A stretch of 64,000 bases of DNA from Balanoglossus misakiensis (Eukaryota > Animalia > Hemichordata): assembly GCA_040954595.2 (NCBI GenBank), contig CM082586.2, forward strand, positions 3,454,349 to 3,518,348, written 5' to 3'. Below the pieces are notes generated by a model. It searched no databases. It had not been told where the DNA came from and was given only the letters and a program-made list of their open reading frames with translations. Within the stretch, counting starts at the first letter, position 1. Each line of letters begins with the position of its first letter. The translations under genes were made by a program, and so were the position numbers. Below, piece after piece: positions 15,701 to 30,633 of this stretch.

Positions 15701-16675
15701 TGACGTCAACGCTGTCGGCTGGTGGATGCAGTGTTTTTTGTCTTTGTGGAAAGACCAAGAATAAATCTATCAAGTTTGAAACAAAAAGCTATAAATACTG
15801 TTCCTTTTAAGTTTGTTTCCAGATAAAATCATAAAATATCTCACTTCTGAAGGAACAACAACACTAATAGCATATCTACAGGTGTGGTATGTGCACAGGT
15901 GGGGAACACTATGAGCAAATTAGATCAGCAACTAGTTTGTAACACAATTGCTGTCATGACGAACTTTGGCAATCACACCACTTTCCCTGATGTCATTTCC
16001 CTCCCAGCCAGTAAAACATCCGGCGTAAAACGTACCGTTTCACAGTTGACGATGCAAGAAACACACTTTGGTGACTTACAGTTTGCACCAACTGGGACTG
16101 TTACGACACCACAAGCTCCTCAGCAATTACCTTTCATGTATTTTGAATTGCTATACAATTGGAAATAAATTTTAGAATCAATAACAACGCGCAGATTATT
16201 TTATGAAATCCCTGAGGGCAAACATTATTACCGGACACTGAGCACTTTATCACAATTTGCGCAATGATTAAATGGCATAATATTGAGATATTATTAGATT
16301 TTGAAAGCGATACTGCTGGCCTGGTAATAATCAGGATGTCGCTGGGGTAGATAAGTGTGGTTTATTGGCAGGATTGCCTCAGCAATGCAATTTGAAGTAT
16401 TCCCAATCCACTCTGTCAGAGCGATCATTGAAGATAAAAATGTGTATGTCTCTCTGAGTGTATGTGGGTTCAGTTGTTTAAGTTTCAACTCAAGAGTGAC
16501 TGGAAAATACAACGATGCACTAGTTGGTGCTGCCGATTCTTCATCTTGCAGTCAACTCTTTTTGGGCATGTCACATTACTGCAAATATTTATATGTTGTG
16601 AAACCCTCTGGACAAGGTAAAACAATCATGCCCATTAATTTTTGATAAAATGCAAAACAAATGATATTTCCTCAC

Positions 16676-16965
16676 CTTATTTACTTGGGCAATTCTCCCC
16701 CCTGACAGAGTTTTCCAGGAATTCCACAAATTGTCCTGCGATTTGAATTAGCTGGACCCCGGAACACCGACTTAATGATGGGTAATCTTCTTTCGTGAAA
16801 GTCCTATATTGCGAGTTCTGGTTTTAGTCCCGAGTAAAAACCCAATCTCGACTGCGCTATTCAAAAGGCTTGGAAACACGTCCGCCTTTTCATCAACCGG
16901 GGTTTATAATCTCAAGCGTACATTTCCGCAGGGCTTGTTGCACATGTAATCTGCATGATACGGAT
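16676..16965 (-). other. Candidate non-coding (5'UTR) exon
   Basis: The acceptor reads ttcattcattgttgtattgcag and the donor AAG|GTGAGG. The exon is 290 nt, closed in all three frames and richer in CpG than its flanks. Confidence 0.4.
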
Positions 16966-17685
16966 CTGCAATACAACAATGAATGAAAAGATATTAGAGA
17001 TTTGAAACGGTCAGTGGTTTCATAGTTCTTTTTTCCTTTTAATAGCGCTATAAGTCTGTTCATACTGTACAAACAGAAATAGGTGACTTTATATGCATAA
17101 TTATACTAAATACGCCAAACCTTCAGCAGCATAATCATTACATAGATATGCACGACCTTCAGAATTATAACCATGAAAAGCCTGGATACTCTGTACATGT
17201 ACTGTCATGTTTAACTGGTTTGCAGAAAAAACATGTATACACATTTTGTCTCTGTTCACTTGCGTTTTATTTTCACTTAACCTTTTTCAACTCTATTTTT
17301 ACTTCCCATTTCCGAACGGCCTAATATCAGCCGTGGTTCATTTGGAGAGGGGCAAGGGGGGAAACTAAACATGAATGCTGATCAGTTGCGGTGATCAGTC
17401 ATTAGAGTGAACGTAATCTGGACTTGGGAGAGAGAAAGCGATACAGAAAATACCGGGGTTGAGACTGGGAGATAAGTTTCCATCTAACGGTAATAAATAA
17501 AATCCTCTCCCTGTCTGATGGGTTGCGTTTGTGAAAGATCAGGAAAAGTAGCGGCAGCCTTAATATAACTTAGAGGGCGCGGAACGGACCAATTAAAGAT
17601 GCGGCTTAATTAGAGGGACGGAAAAAGACATTAGCATGATATGCACCAGCATTCCAGAGGTCTCACCACAAGCTAGATTAATAAA

Positions 17686-17687
<2 letters not shown>

Positions 17688-17718
<31 letters not shown>

Positions 17719-17723
17719 GTCAT
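17688..17723 (+). repeat. (CAT)n microsatellite
   Basis: Directly visible. Confidence 0.9.
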
Positions 17724-20700
17724 TATCACCACCAATGCCCACTATAAAAGTCACATGTAGCTTTCACTGGATCAGAAAATGAAACATTCTTCAAACATGA
17801 GCTTGTGGGTTTCAAATAATCATTCATGCTCTAACACAGAACTACACGAATGACGTTTTCCCGTTCCACACTGTGCCTGGTGTCGACACCATCAGAAAAG
17901 AAGATTACTTCAAATCACTTTGACAGGGCATTGCCTCCCGTTCTTTTCAGGCTGCTTCTATATCCATGGCAACAATACTTTCCCCTTGGCATTTTCATCT
18001 ACGCTGAGAATAACAAGCTGTCGAGTGGCTTGGGGGTAGCAATCCTGCTAGGCTGTGTTTGTCTGTTTTTATGTGTACAATCACCACACAATATTTTGAT
18101 AATCGAAACAAACTCGTACAAATGTTTTTCATCGATAGTGATGCAGTGAAATACGAGGACATGAAAATTAAACATCAGGTAACAGTTGCCTCTTTTGAAA
18201 TCTTGAAAATTTCCTGTCAGGAAAATTTCCCATTTTACAGTATTTCCAGTAGCTGTAACTACAGCCGCTCATGGTTGAGTGTCTTACAATGACGCAGTTA
18301 ATCATCAGCCAATTCACTGAGTCAAATAATACAACTTTCATATAAAACTTCATATACATCCCGATTACACATGCGGAAACTAATAAACCAACATGATATT
18401 AATGCTGTAAACTTACTGGAGTGTTTCGAGCACATTTAATATTACGACCATCTGGCGTCTGGCAATAAACAGTCTATAAATCATGGTCTGCATCAAAGGC
18501 AGTCATTTCCTTTTGAATACATCAAAACTTTACATTTTGATGGAAAGACAAAAAGTTCAACCTTTTTTTAAATGAACTTTTTGACATTTTTGTGAGACAA
18601 TGATCTCATTATTAATCAGTCACTTATAATTATTTTTGAAGTGATTAAAACTGTTGGTCTCTGAGGACCGATGTAAAACAAGGCTTTCACAAATCACTGG
18701 GTAGGCATTCATTTGTACGTAATTGCCTTCAAAGCTCACTACACAGAAAAAACGACGACCTCTCCTGAAGGCAAAGCTGCGGTCTTATATCTCATGCGGA
18801 ACTCATACCATTTCAATCCCGAAGTCTGAGCAATATTTATTGCAATACATCTGATTTGATAGTCTTGCCCTTTGGTATAGGGCTGGCAGGGTTTTATTTT
18901 TACTGTGTTTTGCTGTGGTAGGGATTACTGAATTCCGGGCCATTTGATCTTTGCGTCTTACTTGGCCGAACTGTAATCACCACTGTTTTTTAATACTCAA
19001 CAAGATGTGGTGTGGCAAGTGCAGTTCTTTTTAATTCCGCAAGCCTGTTTAGAAGGACTTAAATACTGAAACTGGCAGGCCTTTAACCTCATATGGTTTG
19101 AACCTAAAAGTTCATACTACAATCTGTTTCTGTGAAGATCATTATTGCTTATGTCAAATGTAAATAAACGTTACCCTCAATTTGATCTCACGTGGAACAC
19201 CGATATCGGATTCTAAACCATGATGCATTCTTCAGTTGGTCTGTCTCTGTCAGATATACCCGCAAACTATTCCAGTTATGTAAATCGATATATATTTAAG
19301 TATTATCTCTCTCGGATGTTATCAAATACATGTAATACTTAACCAAACAAGTGATCACACATAACATATATGTTAATAAAACCGGATATCTCCTTACATG
19401 AACAAGAGTTATTTATTTAGGTATGCGATTAAAAAGAAATTAAGTTTCCAACTGTGAGAAGTTTGTTTTCAGTCGGGTGGCCGTGGTGTCACTGACTCAT
19501 TAGTGACAGTTTAGACCCAGGTGTACGATTTTCGTGCTGGCGGCAATATGCAAATTTCAAACATGTCGAGTAAACAGTGTAAAATTTCACACAGTTCAAA
19601 TTGACCTACAACTGAGTAGTCAGACTCAAATTTTACTCAAATACATGTACATGATATTGGAAAATGCTCACAGAAAAGTTGGTGGACTGGACATTTTTTC
19701 TTTGATTTTAGAGAAATCACTCAATTTATGGTGGGTGCATGAAAATGACTTCTGGCTAACTGACCTCCCATGAGAGAATAAGTATGACAAAATCAACATT
19801 GCCTCCCTTCCCCTTAAACCATCTGACATCAAATCACTCACATCAAACCGAATTAAAATTGAAACTATCTGAAATAACAAATGACATAAAAATCTCAAAT
19901 GTAATAACTGCCACAGAAATGGAATAACAGATCTTAACACCAAGTAACCTTACAGCTTTCAGATCTCATGCATCACATGTCTCTAATCGCAAGAAAATCA
20001 ATTCGGCAAAGTTGACCTCAGCCGTGGCAAAGCAACTTAATCAGCAGAAACAAACCAAAGACAGCAAGTAATCTCCACTAAAAAGTCGTTTTTACAGTTG
20101 CCTGATTTCACGTTTACCTAAAGCCGCGCGTCATCTGCTTTCCCATCGTAAAATTTTACGCCCGGAAAGATTTGGTCATAGCTTGTTGAAGCCTCTTCCT
20201 ATACTTTCTAACAATTTCACAATAGCTATGTATATCACTGGTATTCTCTGTAAGCGCTGTGTTCTGCTGTCATTCGAGATGACAAAATTTTAAGAGAGCG
20301 ATCGACAAGAGTCGTAAACCTTCCTGCTATGTTCTTCATCACTTTTGTCCCAATAACACAGATATTAACATAACACCACTTCATCTTTTTTTTATCAAAG
20401 CTGAAATGAAGAGATAATCTTTTCTCTTCTGAGCAAATTATTCGTCAGGAATGATTGATGATCAGCCAGGTGCTAATAAAGCTGTCATGTGCAAAAATTG
20501 GACACATTTCTGGTGGCAAATTTATGAAATGGTGTATTATTGATAAATTTAATGACTTAAGTTGTCAAAGGCAATGATTGATGGCTGTGCATGATGCAGG
20601 GTAAATGAAATCTCAGTGATGTTACCAGTACATACTTCTAACACATACATGTAAGAGTGTCGGAGAAAATCAACGATATCATGTTATATGTTTAAAACAT

Positions 20701-23700
20701 CAGCACCATCCCGGACACTTCATCAAATTCAAATGTTTTGTTTGCAAGTTAAATATCTCGTACACTCACAAATCAGTCAAGCTTGAATGACCTGTAACCA
20801 TGGTAACAATCAGATCAAACTTCAAAAACTGACGAAATTCCAAATTCCTTCTGGCAATGTAGTTTCTGAAGTTGAAAACTATACTATTAACAATCCCTGT
20901 GATGAGCTACAGCATTTATTTCACAGTGATGTAGATCGCGGCCAGTGGCTGTTAAAAACGTCTATCTAACTTAAACCACGTTCTAACAATTCACCAGGTT
21001 CCATGAATATTCATCGCTGAAAATCAGCCGCTGTTATCAAATGTTATACTTTAATACGCATTAATACACCCTGCATACACAAATGCTAATATGCCTGGTA
21101 TCGTACGTTAGAAGGCCATTGAATTGTAACATAAAAACTACTGCGTATGGTGCATACTCTGAAACAAGAAACTAGTACAAGCCCTGGCACGTTGAAGAAT
21201 CAAATTCCCCTGAATAATGTCTCTGAGAAGTAATGTACTTATGTGCTGTTATTAGATTTAACATTTTTTTCATTTTGATTGATATCTGAGTTGAAGGGTT
21301 TCTTCTCCGTGTTCTGATATATAACGCACTTCAGTTTGTCACTAGGTTTGATATGCCCAATGAAATTGAGCCAGTACATGTTTTCTTTGTCATCAATGAG
21401 CAGATCTATGGATACTGTTCAGGCTATATATACAACCAGACAAGTTCTACTCTCCAAGGCACTGACATTGAAAGCACAAACAAAATGTACATTTCTCCAA
21501 TTCTGTATTTGTCTGGATGTGGAGGTCACATGACCACAGTCCAATCCTGCCCTGGTTCCATTACCAAGACTACCATGGAGTAGCTAGTGTACGTGACTTG
21601 GTATACAACTCTGGCTGGGGTGATATACACAAAAGTTCATTTGACACATTAAGTGTTTTGTTGAAATCATATGCATTAGTCATACAGCACGCATGGATAT
21701 GACACTGAACCTTTTACAAAGTAATGGCGCGCTTTAACTGTGTATCACTCATCTATATAACGGGTAGATTCCATTTTACCGCCTGCACGCATAATGCGGC
21801 TGTCTGTATTCCGAAGGAAGGGTTATTCCGTTTAATTGGTGAGAAAGTTTCTGAGATAACATCAGATTTAATTTGCGAATGGAATTCTCATGTTAAAGCC
21901 GGGATCAGCAGAGAGAGAGAGTGATATGGCTGCAGAAGTAATGGCATTAGAGTTGGTAGTCATGGCAACAGAAGTGATGCTGTCACTACATGATCACGTT
22001 CATGTGGTTGTTGGGCGTGGTCGGGTGTTTCTCTCTTCATTCCGGATGCAGGATTGTCTAAAGCACAGAAGATCACAGTCTGGCCAGTTTGGATTCAGAC
22101 ATAAATTAAACAACAATAAACGTCGGTTGCAATTTGCTAATACGATTCATTTCAAGGTTTGTTTCATGCCAATAGCGTTCACAGTCGGTAGAAACCTCTG
22201 CCCTCTGAGAATAGCGTTGTGAGTGAAGGAAACTGCCTATCTTTAAGGGGGTCGTTCGTCTGCATTTATATGTGATGGATTATAAAAATACATATCATAA
22301 ATAGACGCAATACTTTATTTAATGTCGTTTGAAGCATAAAATGGATGGTTTGGAAAGAAGCACAGCACGACTGCAAGTATACAATGATTAGGCCGTAATC
22401 GTTGAAGACATAAAAACAATCCTTTGCTGCTCAAGAAAAGCCTCGATCATTAATAAAAAATTACAAGACTATTCCTCCGGAAAAATATATCATACTTTTA
22501 CACGATATCATTTAATATAAATAAGGTGGTCGGATCCAAAACCATAAGATGATCAGATCTGTTTGAACCATGGTTAACCAGAGCCCACACTCAGCATAGT
22601 GGTTTAAACCACACAGGGAAGTTACATCTACACGCAATCTGTGATTTTTCACACACAAAATAAAGGTCTAGAATTTTCTCCACTTTCACAGACCCTGAAC
22701 ACAGCGTAACGTGCATCAGTTGGCAAAGCAGCAACCTAGGTCCCAGGTGCATGGTTACGAGACAGACACAGAAATGTGGTTAATTTAGTACTTCATCAGA
22801 CATTTCACGCAAAAACTACATCATGTACAAAGTGACCCGATTTTCGATTTCTTGGCATTTGGGAGCAAATCACATTTGGTAAGAAATGCGTCTCGGTTCT
22901 ATTCCCAGAAGTCAGTGTTGTCAGATTTTACAACCTCATAAACTGGGTCGTCCAATATACAGACATTTACCATGGGACCATAGATAAAACTGGATCTGAC
23001 ATGTTTACTTTTTATACAGCACCTTCTTTCAAATTTTATATCTGCGCTCTTAATGTGCAAGTGTATTTCATCTGCTTTGGGTGAGTTTAATCACATTTTC
23101 CTCTGTAGTCTAGATGCATGACGGTGTTTGAAAGAAGTATTCCTTTATCTGGAAATACTATTGATATCTATAATTGGTTTGTTTCTCTGAAAATATATTA
23201 TTCTTGTCCCATATATGAAAGCCTACCCCCTCTGATTTTTCTTGTGTACCTCAACGACCTCCCTGCCACTGCTTAAACACTCAAATTAATTGATATACAA
23301 TAACTGTTAAATGTAAACCCATCCCGCTAAATTGAGAAAAATGTGTATTTCTGTAAAAGCACTTCAAACTACGTAACCTTTGCTCGTCATCAACTCACCT
23401 GCTGGGACAAGTATTCAAGAGATGTCTGAACTTTTAGCAGTTACGCATTTCTTCATATATGGGGAAGACGTCTTCAAGTCGTTTGAGTAGTCATGTGTTT
23501 TGCTTATACATACAAGCGAAATGCCATGCATGTATAATGCAATGTTTCAGAATGGACGAGCCACTGACCTCAATTTATGGTCTTTCACTTTCTCCGACGA
23601 GGAAAAACTGTGTTTTTCGCAAATTATAGCCTGAGGCAATCACGAAGTGTAAAAACAGCTTGCGACCTTGCATGCGGTTATTTAATATAAATCACTGATT

Positions 23701-24461
23701 TTAATGCATCTTTAGGAAAGTAAAAGCTTGTGCTTAAAGGGATCTGCATGTAATACTCAAGTCTATCTACACTTTGAATTTTATATCATCAGTTTGTGTC
23801 AGCTGCCGTATGTTTTTACAGTGGTGTAGAATTCCCAACTTCGCTGATTCAAAAGTTTCAGTTAGCTATCATCCTACTTTCCTATGTCCTATTCCCATTC
23901 AGACAAACATCCAAGACTTGATTTTCTTGTAAATTCAGAAAACTGAAGTAAAAGAATTCCGACTCAAAATTTTGCACTTAGAATCTGTACACCTTTGGCT
24001 TAAATTGTGTAGAATTTATATCATTCAGTTGTGCAAAATTTTATCGGTCCTATGACGTTCTGCAAAAACAATTCCTGCTGTCTAGAATCACGCATATGTC
24101 ATTTCCACATTCTGTGTACACCTACACATACTTGCAGCAAACTTCATGCTCATAAGTGATATACTTTAAAAAAATACTCAAAGTAATTAGAATCTGCGAA
24201 TGTACATTCACACCCACCCACAAAACCCATTTTCCATATAAACGAAATATGCGTGACATTTATTTTTACTGTTTGCAAATGTTCTACAAAACATGTATTC
24301 CTAAGAAGTGCATTCACACAGCCTGAAGACACTTCAAAGTAGAATATTTGACTGGAGTGTATTTTCCCTGCGTCATCAGAACGGAACTATCCTTTTCTAA
24401 GAGTTATGACAACCTTGATGTATTCCATTACTTTGAAAATTAAAAGCCGATAAAACCACTA

Positions 24462-24635
24462 ATGCAGATAATCCACATATTAAGGTCCCTATGCAAATTA
24501 CCGGTATATGCTAACATACTAGCCAATCAGCACGTCTTAATTTTTATGCAAATTAATGCTGATGCAATGGCAAATCAGCATGGCATTACCTTCCATGCAA
24601 ATTACCTGATGGACCAATCAGCAAGGCTGATTGAC
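24462..24635. promoter_or_regulatory. Octamer (POU) + CCAAT motif cluster, candidate enhancer
   Basis: ATGCAAAT occurs at 24491, 24546 and 24595, with variants ATGCAGAT (24462) and ATGCTAAC (24508). CCAATCAG occurs at 24523 and 24614. Confidence 0.5.
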
Positions 24636-27600
24636 CTCAGACCTTCAGTTGTATCGTAATGAGAGGAAATCGTTAGGTTTTATGATGAATGGCTTGAAGC
24701 GATGAACAGTATAATAATCCAAGATTGATGTTGAGAGTGGAGTGATTTTGTTTTCGTTCCCAAGAGATGTTTATCTGAAGTTTTTATCAGGAGTTCAGAT
24801 AGCGAAAGCGCTCTGTCACTACAAATGATCAGAAACGGACAGTAATATATTGTTATTCCTCACTGCACTCACACTAATACCCTTTTTATGTAAAAATGAT
24901 GCAAAACAAATCATATTTCTCCTTTTATAAGTTAACCACTTGACATCGGGAGAAGATTGGGGAAATTGGTCCAAAAGTACACTATCCTCAGGAATTTATA
25001 TTGGCAATTATCTGTCAAGGGACAAATATTTTTTGTGGCATAGGTGGGCTAGCACAATTCTTATTCACCCACCTTCCTCCCCTTATATGGGACCATGAAA
25101 GGGTCTTACGGAAGAAAATTATGGGGTTATTATTGACATTATTAAAATATACAGAATACTGTTGATCTCCACTAGGACTGAGAAACTATGTGAGATGTAC
25201 ACAAAGTCAGTATGACATCCGTGAGGTGTATCACCAGCAAATACCCTTTTGATCAGCAACCAACCAACCAACACACGCAGACAGACATCTTGTCTGGTTG
25301 GACATTTAATCGTACAATCAAAGCATATAACTTTTTATGCATTCTCTTAAAGACAACTTTATCAAATTGTTGCCATTTCGGAGGTCTGCAATCATGATCA
25401 AATTTATTACAAAGTGCGCGGGAAGAATCATGATAGAGATCTCCACCGTAAAATTCTCCTTGCAGGTACCCTATCTCATGTTCTGTTCGAAGCAGCACTA
25501 GATTCTTTTGAGAATTCAGAAATAAAATAGGTGTTCAAATTTTAGTCTGGACAAACCTATCAATGTCTGGAATCCAAGAGGAAACCACCCTGTTCAGGAA
25601 TAAATCTTTAGAATGTCAATTAAACCCAGAAATCAAATTTTCAGTTTGTTCATAATTTTTACACAACTGCCTGAATAACCTTGGAGATTTCTGTATGGAA
25701 TTTATCCACACTCCCCTGCTTGTTGTAACGATTTTATCTTCCAGCTATCTTTTTAATCCAACTATTTTAAGTCTGCAAATACTGAAATATTTACACAGTA
25801 ATTACAGGCGAGTGGCTGAATTTTCACAGCCTCGCCAACGTTTACACAATAATCATGAAAAGTGGTCGACTGTTTAAATCTTGCTGACTCCCTCCGGCAT
25901 AAGAAAACACACACACTGTACAAGGCTGACAGTGTATATATGTTTTCGTCCTTCATAAAAGAATTTTATCATTTAAAAGGCCTTTCCGACAGATCTCGCA
26001 ATCCCATCCTTTTGCAAGAGGGTTCCTTTTAGTTCAAGTTCTGGTGAAATAATTGGTCTACTGCTGGCTACTGAAATCACTCTTGCCAACACACATAATT
26101 TACTCTGGTTTCAACTTACGTCATTTATAATTCAGTCTGGATCACCTGTCATTTTATGAGGAAAAAAAATAAATCCAGATTAATAGTTGAAAGGCAGACT
26201 CATAAAACAACTCCAGTGAGGTCAACTCGGGTCACCGACGATTTGAAATTCTGACATGCAGAAGCCTTCCCTTGTCTGAAGTTTCTCTCTGAACTTTTCA
26301 GAAGCAATTTTCACGATAAGTGCAGGAACTTCCTTGGTTGATTTCAAATAGCAGACCCCTGGAGGTGACTGATGTCACCGTTGCCATGGTAATTGATGAA
26401 AGCCATAAGAACAATAAATAGGCATCTTAGAAGTAATCCCACAGTCGGTAATAAGTTTATGAAACAAGTAAATACAGCGAAATGGGTTGGGAGTAAAAAC
26501 AGCATGTTTACCGAAGAAATTCTGGCTTCATGTTCGTTTTCCCAAGTTTGATGGATTCGAGTTGTAATCGAAGATCTAATTAACTGAAAAACAAATGATT
26601 TTTTCGAGGGTTAAATGAGGTGACAGACAATGACCTAGTCGATAAAATTCAAGCAAGAAAACTCACAGAAGGTTCCTGAGTTTTATGTTACGCTGTGACC
26701 AAATATTAAACTAAGCTCGTATTCACCTCTTAACATTTTCTACATTTTTCAAAATGAGCACAGACTGAACTTCTCTACGGGGGAATCAAGAATTAATATT
26801 TGCTCATAAACCTTGCGATTATGAAAAATACTTTGGTCATAAAGGTTTCCAAACAGAGCTGGAACATTTTTTTGCAAATTTATCTCATACACAAATCTTT
26901 AACATCAATTCTAAAAGGAGCACGCAAATTTGCTGATCACGAATCCGATAATATCAAATGTTTATACAGAGTTTTCATTTCATGACACGAGGCAATCTGT
27001 GCTCCATTTGGCAAAATAGGTTGAAAACTTGTTTTTCACGTGCTCCATTCACTACAAATTTTTGGCAATATTTCAAAGATATTTGTTGTGTGTATCAACA
27101 CCAGTTTCTTGTTCAACTCCCCATGGCATGATAAAATCCCCACAACTCTGTCCGCCATTATTATCACTGAAGATGAATGAATGAATTCAAGTCCAGGTGT
27201 GTTTCAATTTTCAACACATAATAACACTGCTGATTGCCCACATACAGAGTGTGATACTTGCCAAAACACCACACATCTCATCACGCTTCGGGAGTCAAAC
27301 ATGAAACTGCAACTGATGCACAGAACAAACAAAAAAACTGTAAAAACAGCCCAAAGTTACAACTTTTGGAGATTCAGTTGCCGTGAAGATCACGACAACC
27401 GATACATTTTTGTGTGAATGTTTACGCAAGTCCAACTATAAATAGAACTGTTTTCTCGGCTAGTTCTGTCATCTGTCACACCTAAGGGGGTCGTACTGTG
27501 ACATTCAGCGTGCCTGCACCCAAGGGAAAAGTCAGACATCATTAAGGGCACTCTCGGGAATGAAATCAAACTATAATACCGTCAAGCCACGTAAAAGATT

Positions 27601-28573
27601 ACACAAGTTTTTTTTAACTGATATGGATTGGAGAAGACAGCCCACAGAGTTTATGGAGATGATATGAATATTTTTGAAAGGAAATAGTGACTTTCTTTCC
27701 CTCTAGGAAACTTGGATCCAAAACGTACAGGGATAAGCACTAAATACTGTGTGGGAGGATGTGAGATTATAAACGTCATCAGGAGAGACTTTTTGAAGAT
27801 GTCCCCCCGATTTCCCTTACATGGATTTAGACCTGCGAAAGTTAGAGATCCAGTAACTCCGATGACAACACAGACACTACAATGATAGATACGTTGATTC
27901 GACATCTATTCACACCCTTATGTCTGAATAAAGCAATCAAAACACAACTATCTCTCAAATACTGTCGGGAAGAAACCTGGATAACACCGAAGCTGACAGA
28001 ATGATCCATCAATGCATACGAAGAATTCTACTTCCATTGACAAAAACAACAAATTTGACATTCTGTAGCACCGTGGGCATTCTTTCATCTCATTTCTATG
28101 GTTACAGAGGCCAGAGGGTCAAATGGTGTCTTTTTCAAGAAAAAAAAAAACATGAATACAGAGTCCTGAATTTCAGACAACTGCCTGATTGGAAAATTTG
28201 TCGTTACGTCAACAGCATGCCTCATTTCATGTAACATTCACTTCTGCTCACCGATCCTTGTGACGCAACTTTTTTTGGCAGCAACGACTCCTCTTTCAGA
28301 CAAATGGAGAGAATACCCTCTGGGTTGAATACAGTACTTCCTTTGATGGTTAATTATTTAAAATTGAGAAATGCAGCCCACCTACGCTTTGTTGTTTCTG
28401 CGTTCTGCTCCAGTGAAAGAAAATGATTGACTGTATGTCTTAATAGACAAAGTCGCCCACTAATTTTGCTTATTTTTCTTGCTTCTGGTGGATTATGGTT
28501 AATGTATAGTTTTGTGCCTAGTTTGACTTGCTATCAATTGTGTTGTTTGGGACCCATACCTGCAGGTACAGAG

Positions 28574-28925
28574 TGGATGGATGGATGGATGGATGGACGG
28601 ACGGACGGATGGATGGATGGATGGAGGGAAGGATGGGTGGATGGATGGATGGACATGGGGATGGATGGATGGATGGATGGATGGATGGATGGACGGACGG
28701 ACTGACGGACGGACGGACGGACGGACGGATGGATGGATGGACGGACGGACGGATGGATGGATGGATGGATGGATGGATGGGTGGATGGATGGATGGACAT
28801 GGGGATGGATGGATGGATGGATGGATGGACGGACGGACTGACGGACGGACGGACGGATGGATGGATGGATGGACGGACGGACGGATGGATGGATGGATGG
28901 ATGGATGGATGGATGGATGGATGGA
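28574..28925 (+). repeat. Compound (GGAT)n/(GGAC)n microsatellite with an internal ~144 bp duplication
   Basis: A tetranucleotide array in which the interruption GGACATGGGG occurs at 28651 and 28795. Confidence 0.95.
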
Positions 28926-29867
28926 AAAGCAGCGGAGAGACAGATAAGTGGGTGGTCAAGCCATCAGACTTACGGGTACATAGTCATAAATAGCAGGTGT
29001 TTAGGTAATGCAGGCATATATTGCGTACAAGGAATTAATAGGAAAAATAATGGAAACATGAAGGCAAATAGTCTCTTGGACTAAAAGGTTGGCAAGTACG
29101 ACTTGAGATAAAATAAAAATGGGAAATAATACAAAACGAAAGAACAAAAAGCAGAAATATAGTGTGCACTGGGAAAATATCCGCGATGTGAAAAATGGAC
29201 CAGACTGAGCAAAATATGGTTGAATACAGTTCTTGAGTGGTCTAGAATGCAGTATCAATGATGTTTAATCACTTCTCCATGAGCAAAATAAAAATCATGA
29301 TATTCATACCTCGAATTGCCGAGATGGAAATCAGAGACCAAGTCGATGAAAATCTTGACTCTCCAGGAAACAAGAACCAGACAATTATTCTTAACACCCC
29401 ACAGCCATCAATTGGTAGAAATCAGCATCAACACAGCGCTGGAGATCAGGGGATGCAGAGGTAAACGTCTGCACTCACAGCTATTCTTTGAATGCCGATA
29501 CCGTTTTTGCGTCAGACGAAAAAATTTTGCAGCTCGCAAAACAAGATCTTGAAGCAACAGCTTCTTGTATGACAGTATGTATGTGATGCAGCCAAAAGTT
29601 TTTGCGATGAGAATCCAGAGACTGTACCATTCATCATCCGAGGGAGAGACAGGACACCAAAGTGGCGGGATCAGCCAAAGTACAGATGTTGTACAAAAAC
29701 CGAAATGGTTTCAAGCGTATACTATTTATAGCGTTGATTTTTTTAAAGATAAGAATCACTTGATAGGAATCTTATTTACTTAGTGCTTTTTGGGGAATTC
29801 ATACATTCATATGTTCAATGAATTTATATTCATATCAGTATAATAAAACATTTGGTAATGTTCTTAC

Positions 29868-30032
29868 CACAGATGGCTATGCACGAGATAAAATCAGTTC
29901 GTAAAATTCTTTCCATGGCAAATTAAGCAAAGATGATTTTTATGATTATTCTCCTTTAAAAAGGGAGGCGAGTTCCATCTGTTTTTCTACTAAGACAAGC
30001 TGACTGCCTGTTGCCATGCCAACACTCAACCT
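29868..30032 (-). other. Candidate 5'UTR / first-coding exon
   Basis: Strong acceptor ccttgtttttttgctcag and donor GTG|GTAAGA. It contains a 23-codon uORF (ATG at 30017) and gccATGG at 29916, open to the donor (MERILRTDFISCIAIC-, phase 1). Confidence 0.4.
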
Positions 30033-30578
30033 CTGAGCAAAAAAACAAGGTATATTCATACACATTTTCTTCATACAGAAGTGATATCAATATCCTTAAA
30101 CTAATGTACATGGGGGGATGGCAGCCATTAAAAATATATGCAGCCATCTCCTTTATTTATACTTCAATATTTTTCCGAGATCTGTTCAGCTATTCTCTCT
30201 CTATTTTTTTTTATTTGATAACTTATTAGAAATAAACATTATGGAAATCTTAGCATATATTCAAGCGACACGCGCCCTCTGTGTTCAAAAACACATGAAA
30301 CAACAAGCAGCAGTGAAAACACAAGGCATAGTTTTTTCTAACTCTAGATGGCGATTGTCATATTTATTTTTGCCAAGTACACAACTTCATATGTCCCCCC
30401 TTTTCACTAAGTTTTTGTCTAAAAATGTACATGATTTTTGTTGATTACATGATACACAGTAATCAACTTCTTTGCCATTTTCCGCCATGTTTACTGGTGA
30501 TTTCCTTTTACTCTAGTTTGATATTATAGACAGTGTACACGCCAATGCAACAACTAAATAACGTAATGAGAAACTCAC

Positions 30579-30633
30579 CTGCAGAAACACTTCATCCAGG
30601 TGTACCAGAGCTTGACACAACAATCAGAACACT
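30579..30633 (-). other. Candidate 55-nt exon, probably 5'UTR
   Basis: Acceptor ttttgttggttttgtag and consensus donor CAG|GTGAGT. A further consensus donor AAG|GTAAGT lies upstream at 30899/30898. Confidence 0.45.

Noticed and set aside
17667-17742. Minus-strand poly-Asp mini-exon candidate (GIGGDNDDDD...EFINLAC)
   Set aside because: The acidic run is just the (CAT)n microsatellite, and the splice-like flanks are probably chance.
28427-29084. ORFs of MDGW/HPSI repeats (75-141 aa)
   Set aside because: These are translations of the GGAT/GGAC microsatellite.
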